A DNA stretch of 64,000 nucleotides from Candidatus Woesearchaeota archaeon. GTDB lineage: Archaea; Nanobdellota; Nanobdellia; Woesearchaeales; UBA525. The stretch lies in contig JAPPOH010000008.1 of assembly GCA_028818155.1 (NCBI GenBank), positions 10,376-74,375 of the forward strand, in the 5' to 3' direction. The stretch's first letter is position 1, and every line of letters begins with the position of its first letter. The notes beneath the pieces were generated by a model, which was not told where the DNA came from, searched no databases, and was given only the letters and a program-made list of their open reading frames with translations. The translations under genes and the position numbers were made by a program. Below are positions 34,184-43,862 of this stretch, in pieces.

Positions 34184-34645
34184 ATGGGATTTGGCAGTAT
34201 CGCAACACAAATGGTTCTTTTTATCGCTATGGTAACCATAGCAGCAAGCCTTGTCATGCACATGAGAGTCTTCACAGGCCAAGCAACAGCATCCATTGCA
34301 GTGCAGAAAGACAGACTCGTTGAAGAACTCAAAACAGACGTCACAATCACATCGCTTTCATTCTCAAACCTCACAGATCCACACACAGCAACAATCTATG
34401 TCAAGAACACAGGAAAAATCAAACTGAAACTCAATGCAACAGACTTATACATTGATGGAAGCAGATATACAACGACAGAACGCAATATCAGCATTGAAAA
34501 CGACACAGAAGTGAACAACCCCTTAATATGGGACCCAAGTGAAGTTGTTAAAATCGAAGGATTCCGTAACCTCTCAGGAGGACTTCACACTGCACGAGTT
34601 GTGACTGACAATGGCGTGAGCGACGAAGACACATTCTCAACATAA
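34184..34645 (+). CDS. ArlF/ArlG (FlaF/FlaG) family protein (153 aa)
   Basis: N-terminal TM helix QMVLFIAMVTIAASLV followed by a beta-rich domain (TIYVKNTGKIKLKLNATDLYIDGSRY). Confidence 0.65.
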   Translation: MGFGSIATQMVLFIAMVTIAASLVMHMRVFTGQATASIAVQKDRLVEELKTDVTITSLSFSNLTDPHTATIYVKNTGKIKLKLNATDLYIDGSRYTTTERNISIENDTEVNNPLIWDPSEVVKIEGFRNLSGGLHTARVVTDNGVSDEDTFST

Positions 34646-35328
34646 TGTTCCGCATCGACCTCAAAGGAGATGAACTGCACAAAAAACTAGGGGGTGGAAT
34701 CCCTCGGAACGCGTTCGTTCTCATCGAAGCAGAGAACGCAATCGGAAAATCCGCGCTTGCACAACGATTCATTTATGGCGCGCTCACGAATAAACACACA
34801 GCAACATACATCAGCTCTGAAATGACACTCGTTGGTTTCATGAACCAAATGAAATCACTCCATTACGACATCAAATCAAAAATCCTCAACAAAGATCTCC
34901 TGTATATTTCACTCTTCCCCGCATTTAGCGACATCACATTCCGCGCACATCTCATCGAAACGCTCTTGGGAGCACAGCAACTCTTTGAGAAAGATATTAT
35001 CGTTTTCGACACCTTGAGCGAGCTGCTCGTCAAGCAGGAAATGTCGTTGCAAGAGTGCTTTGACTTCGCAAGCCACTTGAAGAAAGTTGCAGGAAAAGAC
35101 AAAGCAATCGTTTTCTGCGTCGATCCCAGCAGACTCAACGAAGCGCTTCTTTCGATGCTCAAATCAGTTTCTGACGTGTACATCAGTATGGGTTCAAAAG
35201 AGATCTACGGCAAAAGCGTCAAAGTCATGCGTGTACAGCGGTTTAACGGCGCAATGAATGATGTTGAGGAAGAAATCGCTTACAAAGTAAAAGCAGGCGT
35301 CGGTATCGTGCCAGAGCTCGCAGGTTAG
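34645..35328 (+). CDS. arlH: ArlH/FlaH RecA/KaiC-like ATPase (227 aa)
   Basis: LGGGIPRNAFVLIEAENAIGKSALAQRF and IIVFDTLS. Sits directly upstream of arlI. Confidence 0.8.
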   Translation: MFRIDLKGDELHKKLGGGIPRNAFVLIEAENAIGKSALAQRFIYGALTNKHTATYISSEMTLVGFMNQMKSLHYDIKSKILNKDLLYISLFPAFSDITFRAHLIETLLGAQQLFEKDIIVFDTLSELLVKQEMSLQECFDFASHLKKVAGKDKAIVFCVDPSRLNEALLSMLKSVSDVYISMGSKEIYGKSVKVMRVQRFNGAMNDVEEEIAYKVKAGVGIVPELAG

Positions 35329-35329
35329 C

Positions 35330-36967
35330 ATGGAAAAAACGGTTCGAGTAGCGGAAAAGACGAAAAATCTGAATGAAGCAACGCAGAAATTTCCACATCT
35401 TGCGAAATACATAGAGGAGCAGCAGAAGAAAAATATTCATCCAGAATTCTACGAAGAACTCAATAGAGACATGAGCTCAATGGAAACACCAAACCTCATC
35501 TATCCCGTAGGAGACCCTATTTTTATCCACATCTACAGAGAGAAAGGAAAAGAGACACACTACAACGTTATCGAACCAGAGATGACAGAAGAAGATGAAG
35601 TACTCTACAACAAAATCATGGATCTTATGATCGAAGTCGTGGACCAGGAGAAAGTACCTGATGACGTTTCACAGATCGAGGAAATTCTCAAGTCACTCTT
35701 CGATAAAGTCACACAAATCGGTGGCGGTGGCTTAGGGTTTCTCTCAGTTGACAAGAAAGTCAAGGTGACAAAAGTCCAGTACGATATGCTCAAGTACTAC
35801 TTGATTCGGGACCGCGTTGGGTACGGGAAACTTGAGGCACTTCTTTACGATCCAAATCTTGAAGATATTCACTGCACAGGTGTGGGCGCTATCACAACGA
35901 TCCACAAGGTCTTTGATCTCGTCCACACCTCTATTATTTTTGATGATGACAAGTCATTGAACAAGTACATTATCGACGTCACAGAGAGGGTTGAGCGCCC
36001 AGTAAGTGACGCACGTCCTGTTGTGGACGCAATCATGCCTGATGGTTCGCGTTCGAACGTCATTTACGGACGAGAAGTGAGTTTGGAAGGTTCAAGCTTC
36101 ACGCTCCGTAAGTTCTCGTCAACCCCTGTGTCCATTACCCAGATCATCAACTGGGGGACCATAAGTCTTGATCTCGCAGCATACCTGTGGCTTGCAATGG
36201 AGAATGGCATGAACATGTTTGTCTGTGGAGAAACTGCATCGGGTAAGACAACAACACTCAACGGCCTCTGCGTCTTCATCAAACCTGACGCGAAAATCTA
36301 TACTGTTGAGAACACACCGGAAGTGACGATGCCTCATAAAGTGTGGCAACACCTCGTGACGAGAGAAGCAGGAAAGGATTCTGACGTCACATATCTTGAT
36401 TTGCTGATCGCCGCACTGCGTAGCCGTCCAAACTATATCATCGTTGGCGAGATTCGTGGTGAAGAAGGAGCGATAGCATTTCAGGCAATGCAAACAGGAC
36501 ACCCAGTCCTCTCGACATTCCACGCAGGAAACGTGACTGCAATGATCCAGCGTGTGACTGGCGACCCAATTAACATTCCAATCACATCTGTGGACAACCT
36601 TAACCTCTGTCTGATTCAAATGGCAGTCTTCCGTGACAATAAGCCATTGCGACGTGTTCTTTCCTTAACAGAGTTAGAACGATACTACGAACCAGCGAAC
36701 AAGATGATCACACGAGAAGTGTTCACATGGGATGGTGTGCACGATGAGCATGTCTTTCGAGGCATGTTCAACAGCTATATTCTCGAGCAGAAAATAGCAA
36801 AATCACTCGGGTATGATGATCCACGCCGCATCTACTCTGAGATGGAATTGCGTGCAAAAATCCTCAAACGCATGATCGAAGAGGAGATTTTCGATTACTT
36901 TGCCGTCTGGGATGTCATCCGTAATTATTTTCACGGGGGGGCGGAAACGTTACCGTTTGAGTTATGA
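35330..36967 (+). CDS. arlI: ArlI/FlaI archaellum motor ATPase (545 aa)
   Basis: Walker A GETASGKTTTLNGL, IYTVENTPEV, IIVGEIRGEEG, LSTFHAGN. Confidence 0.9.
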   Translation: MEKTVRVAEKTKNLNEATQKFPHLAKYIEEQQKKNIHPEFYEELNRDMSSMETPNLIYPVGDPIFIHIYREKGKETHYNVIEPEMTEEDEVLYNKIMDLMIEVVDQEKVPDDVSQIEEILKSLFDKVTQIGGGGLGFLSVDKKVKVTKVQYDMLKYYLIRDRVGYGKLEALLYDPNLEDIHCTGVGAITTIHKVFDLVHTSIIFDDDKSLNKYIIDVTERVERPVSDARPVVDAIMPDGSRSNVIYGREVSLEGSSFTLRKFSSTPVSITQIINWGTISLDLAAYLWLAMENGMNMFVCGETASGKTTTLNGLCVFIKPDAKIYTVENTPEVTMPHKVWQHLVTREAGKDSDVTYLDLLIAALRSRPNYIIVGEIRGEEGAIAFQAMQTGHPVLSTFHAGNVTAMIQRVTGDPINIPITSVDNLNLCLIQMAVFRDNKPLRRVLSLTELERYYEPANKMITREVFTWDGVHDEHVFRGMFNSYILEQKIAKSLGYDDPRRIYSEMELRAKILKRMIEEEIFDYFAVWDVIRNYFHGGAETLPFEL

Positions 36968-38631
36968 ACCTCAAAAAAATAAGTCTTGTTGCAGGATATA
37001 AAAGCACAAAAGATATGTTTTTGCGGTTCATGGCACCGATGATTGGTGGTGCGATCATCGCGAGTGGCGCGATGTTTTTCTTCAGCAAGTTTATCGCATT
37101 GGCGCTCCTCATAGCAGGGTTTCTCCTCGCATTTCTCTATCCGTATGGAAAATTCTCAACGAAGAAGAGATCAATCGACGCATCATTACATCTTTTCATT
37201 ACGTATTCCGGCACGATCAGCACAATGAAGATCTCTCGGCAGCAATTATTCAAGAAAATTGCAGAGAAAGGGATGTTTGGCGAAGTCAGCAATGTTGCAG
37301 AAAAAATTCTGTATCTCTCGAGGGGATGGAAGCTCAGATTTTCAGAATCGTGTCGACGTATGGGTGCACGTGTTCCTTCACAGATTCTTGCTGACTTTTT
37401 CGACCGTTTTGCTGTCATGATGGACTTCGGACAGGACCTTGAGGTTTTCCTTGCAGAGGAGCAGATTGCGGTGTTGAACGATTACGGCACTGAATACCGA
37501 AAATCACTCGAGGTTATCAGATTCTTACAAGACCTGTTCATTTCACTTATCGTCGCACTCTCTTTTATTCTTGCAATCGCACTCTTGGCACCACTTGTTG
37601 TTGATATTTCCGTCGTGTTAATTGTGCAAGGTGCACTCCTTGCGTTCTTTGTGGTTGACGGTATCATCTTGTTCATGATTATTGGGTTTGTTCCACCTGA
37701 CAAGATCTTTCACGGTCTCAAAGAGAGCAATCCAGCACAAGAATGGATTAAACGATGGTTTATTATTGCTGTTATCATTGGAGCTATCGCAATTCCAGTA
37801 CTTGTCTGGCAAACAGAGTGGCCGTTCATGGTTTGTATTGTTGTTGGTATTCTTCCTCTTCTATTACCTGGCTATCTTGCTTCTCGAGAAGAAAAGAGCG
37901 TCCTTCGAAGAGATCGACTGTTTCCGGTGTATGCACGAACGCTCGGTGCTGCAGTCGAAGTGCGAAATGGAGGTGTTATTTCCGCACTCAAATCGACACA
38001 GATCCACGATTTTGGACTACTGAACAAAATGTCGATTGATCTTTATAGTAGATTGCGCCTTGGGTCTGACAAGTACAAATCATGGTATCGTTTCGCTGTT
38101 GATTCAGGAAGCCATTTGATCTACCACTTCAGCAGAATCTTCTCAGAATCTATCTACATGGGAGGAAATGCACACAAGATTGGCGATATTATCAGTGGAA
38201 ACGTGATGAAACTCCTCTCGCTTCGAACATTACGATTGCAACTTGCAGGGGGGATGCGTGGTGCATTCTACGGTTCACTTATCGGCCTTGGCTCTGTGAT
38301 GTATGTGACAGTTGAAATTTCACAGCAACTCGTTGTGTTATTTAGCCAGCCATTAGAAGGAACAGATGCATTTTCTTTCGTGAATTCGATTGTTCCGCAG
38401 GCAACAGACAGTGCTGATTTCGCTCGTATCGTGATGTTTATCGGTATTCTTCTTGTTGCACATGCAGGCGCGTCAGCGGCTATTCTCAAGTTTATTGACG
38501 GCGGCTCGCTTTACGCCGCGCTTATCGACTTTGTTCTGATGGTTGGCGTCTGTGCTGCAATGTCTCTCGTCATTCCAGGTATGACTGAAGGATTGTTGCC
38601 TGACTTCTCTGGCGTCTGGCAAGCAACGTAG
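36964..38631 (+). CDS. arlJ: ArlJ/FlaJ platform membrane protein (555 aa)
   Basis: ATGA overlap with arlI. Polytopic, with two cytoplasmic helical domains. Confidence 0.85.
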   Translation: MNLKKISLVAGYKSTKDMFLRFMAPMIGGAIIASGAMFFFSKFIALALLIAGFLLAFLYPYGKFSTKKRSIDASLHLFITYSGTISTMKISRQQLFKKIAEKGMFGEVSNVAEKILYLSRGWKLRFSESCRRMGARVPSQILADFFDRFAVMMDFGQDLEVFLAEEQIAVLNDYGTEYRKSLEVIRFLQDLFISLIVALSFILAIALLAPLVVDISVVLIVQGALLAFFVVDGIILFMIIGFVPPDKIFHGLKESNPAQEWIKRWFIIAVIIGAIAIPVLVWQTEWPFMVCIVVGILPLLLPGYLASREEKSVLRRDRLFPVYARTLGAAVEVRNGGVISALKSTQIHDFGLLNKMSIDLYSRLRLGSDKYKSWYRFAVDSGSHLIYHFSRIFSESIYMGGNAHKIGDIISGNVMKLLSLRTLRLQLAGGMRGAFYGSLIGLGSVMYVTVEISQQLVVLFSQPLEGTDAFSFVNSIVPQATDSADFARIVMFIGILLVAHAGASAAILKFIDGGSLYAALIDFVLMVGVCAAMSLVIPGMTEGLLPDFSGVWQAT

Positions 38632-38756
38632 TGGTTACTATACATATCATATTCTCTATGTGTATGGCACTGTTGCAAAAATTGAAGTAGCGTTTTCGTT
38701 AATGTACCAAATGCCTATACTGGCATCCATAAAACAGTGATCGAGGTGACTACATA

Positions 38757-39344
38757 ATGAAGCGGGCACGAAAAGGGGAGATGGGTATGGGTACACTAAT
38801 TATTTTTATCGCGATGATTTTAGTCGCGGCAGTTGCTGCATCCGTGCTTATTAGCACGACAGGCGCACTGCAAAACAAAGCTTTGGCAACAGGTAGAGCA
38901 ACAACCTCGGAGGTTGGGACGTCTATCCATGTCATGGAAGTCTACGCAGAAGATGGTTCGAATCAACAAGTGGATTACTTGTACGAATCTGTGAAATTAA
39001 GTGCAGGATCAGGTGCAATCAGGTTTTCTGACACACTCATGAGCTTGAACTTAAACGATCAAACTGCAGACTACGAATATAACTCGAGCGTCGATTGCAC
39101 GAATACGAGTACAACAACAGCAGGTGGAGACTTTGGTGTCGAGTATTTGATTAACGGATCAAACAACCAAGCAGGATATCTCGTAAAGGGAGATGTTGCA
39201 CGGGTTTGTATCCAATCGCCAAGAACAATTACAGAAGGCGAAGAAATCAAACTCAGCTTGATACCAATGGTTGGACACGCAGTCGTGACAGAGACATCAA
39301 CACCAGATTTGATGATCGACACACGCATTACGGTCTTCCCATAG
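38757..39344 (+). CDS. arlB: archaellin 1 (195 aa)
   Basis: [51 protein letters not shown] at 38744-38750. Confidence 0.9.
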   Translation: MKRARKGEMGMGTLIIFIAMILVAAVAASVLISTTGALQNKALATGRATTSEVGTSIHVMEVYAEDGSNQQVDYLYESVKLSAGSGAIRFSDTLMSLNLNDQTADYEYNSSVDCTNTSTTTAGGDFGVEYLINGSNNQAGYLVKGDVARVCIQSPRTITEGEEIKLSLIPMVGHAVVTETSTPDLMIDTRITVFP

Positions 39345-39375
39345 ACAAGTGACAACATGGGTGAGGTGGCATAAC

Positions 39376-39963
39376 ATGAAAACAACAAGAAAAGGTGAAA
39401 TGGGTATGGGTACCCTAATCATCTTTATTGCGATGATCCTCGTAGCTGCAGTCGCAGCAGCTGTACTTATCAGCACTACGGGCGCATTGCAAAATAAAGC
39501 ATTGGCAACAGGTAAAGCAACGACAACGGAAGTGGGAACATCACTCTCTGCACTTGAAGTGTATGTGGAGAACGGCTCTGATCAGTCAGTAGATTATTTC
39601 TACGAGACAATCAAGCTTGGTGCAGGCTCTGACTCAATTAGATTCAGTGACACACTTTTAACGTTGAACCTCGACAATACAACGGCAGACTATGAGTACA
39701 GCTCAGGAGTTGACTGTACGAGTACAGGTTCCATGAGCGCAGGCGGCGACTTTGGTATTCAATACCAAATTGTTGGTAATAACAACCGATCAGGCTACTT
39801 AACGAAGGGCGATGTAGTGAAGCTATGCTTCCAAGCACCACGATCTGTGAACGAAGGTGAAGAATTCAAAGTTAACCTCGTTCCAATGGTTGGCAGCCCA
39901 CTCGTTGTTGAAGCAGCAACGCCTGACTTGATGGTGGATACCAGAGTTACAGTTTTCCCATAA
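39376..39963 (+). CDS. arlB: archaellin 2 (195 aa)
   Basis: [43 protein letters not shown] lies upstream. The track start 39349 adds a non-conserved extension. Confidence 0.9.
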   Translation: MKTTRKGEMGMGTLIIFIAMILVAAVAAAVLISTTGALQNKALATGKATTTEVGTSLSALEVYVENGSDQSVDYFYETIKLGAGSDSIRFSDTLLTLNLDNTTADYEYSSGVDCTSTGSMSAGGDFGIQYQIVGNNNRSGYLTKGDVVKLCFQAPRSVNEGEEFKVNLVPMVGSPLVVEAATPDLMVDTRVTVFP

Positions 39964-39976
39964 GATTGTAGCATTC

Positions 39977-39984
39977 TTTTTTTT
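39977..39984 (+). terminator. T8 tract after archaellin 2 (possible partial terminator)
   Basis: An oligo-T run 14 nt after the stop. Archaeal RNAP terminates at oligo-T. Confidence 0.35.
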
Positions 39985-40014
39985 CCTACTTTTTAGGTAA
40001 CGGAGGAACTGACA

Positions 40015-40596
40015 ATGACAAGAAAGGGAGAAATGGGTATGGGTACCTTGATCATCTTTATAGCTATGATCTTGGTGGCTGCCGTTGCGGCTGCAGTATT
40101 AATCAGCACTACGGGTGCCCTACAGAATAAAGCATTAGCGACAGGTAAAGCAACAACGACAGAAGTGGGAACATCACTGACAGCAATCGAACTCTATGTA
40201 GAAGACGGCTCTGATCAGTCGGTAGATTATTTCTACGAGACAATCAAGCTTGGATCAGGCTCTGAAGCACTACGGTTCACAGACACGCTGGTGTCCTTGA
40301 ACTTAAACGATCAGACCGCTGACTACGAGTACAACGCAAGCGTTGACTGTACAAACACTAGCCTTATTATTGCAGGTGAAGAGTTTGGTATTCAGTACCA
40401 AATCAACGGTACAAACAACCAAGATGGCTACTTGACGAAGGGTGACGTAGTGAAACTCTGCTACAGAGCACCACGAGCAGTAACTGAGGGCGAAGAGTTC
40501 AAAGCAAGTCTTGTACCTATGACTGGTAGTCCGCTCGTCGTCGAGGCAGCAACGCCTGACTTAATGGTGGATACGAGAATTACAGTCTTCCCATAA
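40015..40596 (+). CDS. arlB: archaellin 3 (193 aa)
   Basis: [36 protein letters not shown] lies upstream. Confidence 0.9.
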   Translation: MTRKGEMGMGTLIIFIAMILVAAVAAAVLISTTGALQNKALATGKATTTEVGTSLTAIELYVEDGSDQSVDYFYETIKLGSGSEALRFTDTLVSLNLNDQTADYEYNASVDCTNTSLIIAGEEFGIQYQINGTNNQDGYLTKGDVVKLCYRAPRAVTEGEEFKASLVPMTGSPLVVEAATPDLMVDTRITVFP

Positions 40597-40601
40597 GACT
40601 A

Positions 40602-40618
40602 TTTTTTTTTTTTTTTTT
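40602..40618 (+). terminator. T17 tract terminating the archaellin transcript
   Basis: 17 consecutive T residues beginning 6 nt after the arlB3 stop. The last 2 nt overlap the stop codon of the convergent KaiC-like gene. Confidence 0.6.
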
Positions 40619-41351
40619 AGATATCCGTGAACATTGTCTGATCAGGATACACAACAACGCCATTCTCTGTGATCTTAAATAACCTGATTTCTTTATCATG
40701 GTTAGTTCCGCGCATCTTTTTGATTGCAATGCCAGGAATGAACTTTGCACCCTGCCTGACGCGGTATAATGCGATAACCCCGTCAGTAATGAACTCTTCA
40801 ATCCCGTATGTTGAGAGCTCTAATGATCCCTCTTTCGTCTCCGTAAGTAATAATGCAGTCACGCCAAGTGAGGAGAGCGTGTTACAGAGCATCGCAAGTG
40901 CTGTTCTCCGTTCTTCCTCGGTTTCAAGAAGCATTAGGAAAAGATTGAGTGAGTCGAGCACGAGCCGCTTCACGTTCTTTTCTTTCACAATCTCCTCAAT
41001 TTCTTTAATTAAGTGATGCACATTCGCGTTCACGTTCTTCATTGACTGTGTGATAACGGCAAGCGGTCCACCAATGAGGAGAAAGTTCCCTGTTTTTTCA
41101 AGTTCAGCGATATCAAGGTGCAGCTCGTGCATGTCTGCATAGAGCTTTTCTTTGCTTTCCTCAAGTGTCACATACATACTTGTCTCGTCATTCCGAGCTC
41201 CTTCACAAATGAATTGCACCGCAAGGGTTGTTTTTCCAATGCCTGCTCCTCCTGAAAGTAGGATATTCCTTCCATGTAGAAAACCGCCGTGCAGCATCTT
41301 GTCAAGGCCTTTACATCCTGTTGTGGCACGGTCTATACTCCCCGAAGACAT
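40617..41351 (-). CDS. single-domain KaiC/RecA-like ATPase (244 aa)
   Basis: TTGCKGLDKMLHGGFLHGRNILLSGGAGIGKTTLAVQF, Walker B RLVLDSLN, and ..KKMRGTNHDKEIRLFKITENGV... I use ATG 41351. The track extension to 41645 overlaps the rhomboid gene. Confidence 0.8.
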   Translation of the reverse strand: MSSGSIDRATTGCKGLDKMLHGGFLHGRNILLSGGAGIGKTTLAVQFICEGARNDETSMYVTLEESKEKLYADMHELHLDIAELEKTGNFLLIGGPLAVITQSMKNVNANVHHLIKEIEEIVKEKNVKRLVLDSLNLFLMLLETEEERRTALAMLCNTLSSLGVTALLLTETKEGSLELSTYGIEEFITDGVIALYRVRQGAKFIPGIAIKKMRGTNHDKEIRLFKITENGVVVYPDQTMFTDI

Positions 41352-41935
41352 CGATATTTCCTCCGCTGTAACACAGGCTGCAGTTTTCGTAGTGCAAGAA
41401 ATAAGAAACTTCCAACAAAGAGTCCAGATAGATGGAACAGACTCTGTATGAATGATGCAATGAATGTGTTCGTAACGTCGCCACGAAGTAACGAGAGCAT
41501 CGTAGGAAAGATAATGATAGCAATAATAGCAAAGAGTAACGTGTTCGTCTTCAAGTACTTCCGCGGAAGATTGTACGCAATGACGCCAAAACCACCATAC
41601 ACTGCTGAGGAAGCCCCGAGAATGGTCGCGTGTGTTACAAACCATATAGGAAGTGCTCCGACTATTCCAGTGAGAAGATAGACAACAACAAACATGAGTG
41701 GCAGCATGCCAATTTCATAGACAAGCACACCAAGAAGCATAAACCCTACAATATTCTCAAGCAGGTGTGAGAGATCAATGTGAGCAAACTGATAGGTGAA
41801 AAAACGCCACACCTCCCCTTGCTGTACATTCTCGTACACTAGGGAAAAACGATCAGCACTTGCAGGAATGTGAAACACACCGACGTACAGAACAACCATA
41901 CACGTCACGAAAGTTACAATTTGCCACTTCATCAT
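41333..41935 (-). CDS. rhomboid-family intramembrane serine protease (200 aa)
   Basis: WRFFTYQFAHIDLSHLLEN, GASSAVYG (catalytic Ser) and FHLSGLFVG (catalytic His), with 6 TM helices. Confidence 0.8.
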   Translation of the reverse strand: MMKWQIVTFVTCMVVLYVGVFHIPASADRFSLVYENVQQGEVWRFFTYQFAHIDLSHLLENIVGFMLLGVLVYEIGMLPLMFVVVYLLTGIVGALPIWFVTHATILGASSAVYGGFGVIAYNLPRKYLKTNTLLFAIIAIIIFPTMLSLLRGDVTNTFIASFIQSLFHLSGLFVGSFLFLALRKLQPVLQRRKYRCLRGV

Positions 41936-42114
41936 TTCCCTCGAAGAATATATCGTCTGAGTAATCGTTTCTCATGTTTCCAGAACAAGAAGAGAAGCAC
42001 ACCCACAAGTGCTGTTCCAACACCAAGGGATGCTCGAGAACCTTGCACAAAGAGCGGCACGCTCGCAATGATGAAAGCTAACCCACCTACACCCCAGAGC
42101 ACCCAACGACGCAT
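41932..42114 (-). CDS. small two-TM membrane protein (60 aa)
   Basis: ATGA overlap with the rhomboid start. AT-rich promoter region upstream. Confidence 0.4.
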   Translation of the reverse strand: MRRWVLWGVGGLAFIIASVPLFVQGSRASLGVGTALVGVLLFLFWKHEKRLLRRYILRGK

Positions 42115-42132
42115 ACGCTCTTTGTGCTGTTG

Positions 42133-42152
42133 AAATATTTAACATTATATAA
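42133..42152. promoter_or_regulatory. AT-rich bidirectional promoter region (AAATATTTAACATTATATAA) between divergent KaiC-type operons
   Basis: Two TATA-like elements in opposite usable orientations. The minus-strand ATG is at 42114 and the plus-strand ATG at 42210. Confidence 0.4.
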
Positions 42153-42209
42153 CCAGTCTTGACACAATACACGGAAAGAAGATTAAAGGGTATTTGGCGT
42201 AGTTCGTCG

Positions 42210-43862
42210 ATGAAGCAGGGGAGTCAAGAAGCGAGTACGCTTCGCTGTAGCTCGACGGGTGTTGAAGAACTCGATCATATTTTGCATGGTGGGTGGCCTA
42301 GTGGATCAGTTATTCTATTAACGGGCAAGCCAGGAACAGGAAAAACAATCCTTTCCTTCCAATGGCTCTTTAATGGCGTCAGTATGGGTGAGAACGGACT
42401 CTATATCACACTTACAGAGCCACTCTTTCGTACAGTGAAGAATCTCGAGAATATGCAATTCTATGACCGCGAAGCGATCGAAAGTGAAAAACTCAAGATT
42501 ATCGATATGCGACAGAAGGAAGCACGCACACCAGAACAAACTATCAAATTCTTGAGCAAACAAGTGATCGCAACAAAAGCAAAGCGACTATGCATAGATT
42601 CAATTACAGCAATTGCATACCAACTCGATGACAAGCAAAAAATCCGCTCATTCATCTTCGAACTCGGAAAAACGCTCGCGACACTCGGATGCACAACAGT
42701 ACTCACAAGCGAAGTAAGTGACAAAAACAAACTCTCTGTCTATGGCGTCGAGGAGTTCATTTCTGACGGCATTATCAGAATGGAGCAGGTGAAACATGAA
42801 GATACAATGCATCGAGTCATGCAAATCGTGAAACTCAGGGGTGTTGGTTATCGAGCAAGAGATATCACCTACAAAATAGGTGATAAAGGAATCATCCCAT
42901 TTCGCCACTATACACTCCCGTTAAGCTACAAGTCATCAGAACGTCGAGTCTCAACAGGCATGCCAATGCTTGACAAAATGATGCATGGAGGCATTTTCAA
43001 AGGTTCCTCAACATTCATTGCTGGCTCAACAGGAACCGGCAAGTCAGTTTTTAGTTTGCAGTTCATGCAGGCAGGCCTTACGAACGAAGAACGATGCTTG
43101 TATGTCAGCTTCGAAGAAAGCAGTAATCAAATCAGAAGAAATGCAATGCGCTTTGGATGGAACTTCGACGAAAAACAAGATCAACTCTTCCTCAGGTGTA
43201 TGTATCCTGATGAACGACTTCTTGACGAACATTTCGCAGATATCAAGAAAATCATCGACGAGAAGAAAATCTCCAGATGTGTAATTGATTCACTCTCATC
43301 AATCTCGAGTGCATTCTCAGAAAAAGCATTCGAGCGTTTCGTCCACACACTATATGCATATCTCAAGCTCATGAATGTAACAGCGGTCTTCACACTCGAA
43401 ACAGACTCAAATTCAGGTATGTCAGGCTTGACAGGCACGCAAGTATCAACGATCACTGACAACGTCATTCTTCTTCGCCATGTTGAGATGCAGGGACAAC
43501 TCAGGCAGTTCATGAACATCGTGAAAGTCAAGGGGGGATCACATAGCAGGGGACTCAGAGTATACAAAATTACCAGACATGGCGTAGAAATCGGCCAAAA
43601 AATGTCAGGATACGAAGGATTGATGACAGGTATTGGAAGGAAAGTATCTGATACAATCGAAGAGAAACTCGAAAACGAATTTTGCGAATTCCTCGGTCCA
43701 ATAGGCTCACAAGTATTCAACAAGATCCTTGAAACGGGTATCAATGAGCATAGTATCACAACGTACATCGACTCGCTCTCAGAAGAAGGCATTATCAAGG
43801 CCTCAAATGCTGAAGCGTTCAAAGTAGATGTGCTCAACATTCTTGAGCACAAGCAACAATGA
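42210..43862 (+). CDS. double-domain KaiC-like ATPase with ~80-aa C-terminal extension (550 aa from ATG 42210)
   Basis: Two P-loops (LLTGKPGTGKTILSFQ and IAGSTGTGKSVFSLQ) and two Walker B strands (LCIDSITAI, CVIDSLSSI). The track TTG 42159 sits only 7 nt from the TATA element. Confidence 0.85.
   Translation: MKQGSQEASTLRCSSTGVEELDHILHGGWPSGSVILLTGKPGTGKTILSFQWLFNGVSMGENGLYITLTEPLFRTVKNLENMQFYDREAIESEKLKIIDMRQKEARTPEQTIKFLSKQVIATKAKRLCIDSITAIAYQLDDKQKIRSFIFELGKTLATLGCTTVLTSEVSDKNKLSVYGVEEFISDGIIRMEQVKHEDTMHRVMQIVKLRGVGYRARDITYKIGDKGIIPFRHYTLPLSYKSSERRVSTGMPMLDKMMHGGIFKGSSTFIAGSTGTGKSVFSLQFMQAGLTNEERCLYVSFEESSNQIRRNAMRFGWNFDEKQDQLFLRCMYPDERLLDEHFADIKKIIDEKKISRCVIDSLSSISSAFSEKAFERFVHTLYAYLKLMNVTAVFTLETDSNSGMSGLTGTQVSTITDNVILLRHVEMQGQLRQFMNIVKVKGGSHSRGLRVYKITRHGVEIGQKMSGYEGLMTGIGRKVSDTIEEKLENEFCEFLGPIGSQVFNKILETGINEHSITTYIDSLSEEGIIKASNAEAFKVDVLNILEHKQQ

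Larger units (their letters stand above)
38757..40596 (+). repeat. tandem triplication of archaellin genes (~0.6-kb units)
   Basis: The three ORFs share an identical [22 protein letters not shown] core and a near-identical C-terminal ..TPDLM(I/V)DTR(I/V)TVFP. Nucleotide similarity is visible along most of each unit. Confidence 0.85.

Noticed and set aside
40602-40618. The T17 tract as a bidirectional terminator for both convergent genes.
   Set aside because: On the minus strand it reads as A17, which is not an archaeal termination signal. It is only credible as the terminator of the plus-strand archaellin transcript.
41352-41645. 98-codon N-terminal extension of the single-domain KaiC-like ORF.
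   Set aside because: It overlaps the well-supported rhomboid gene in another frame and is Cys/Trp/His-rich. ATG 41351 gives a normal KaiC-like N-terminus.
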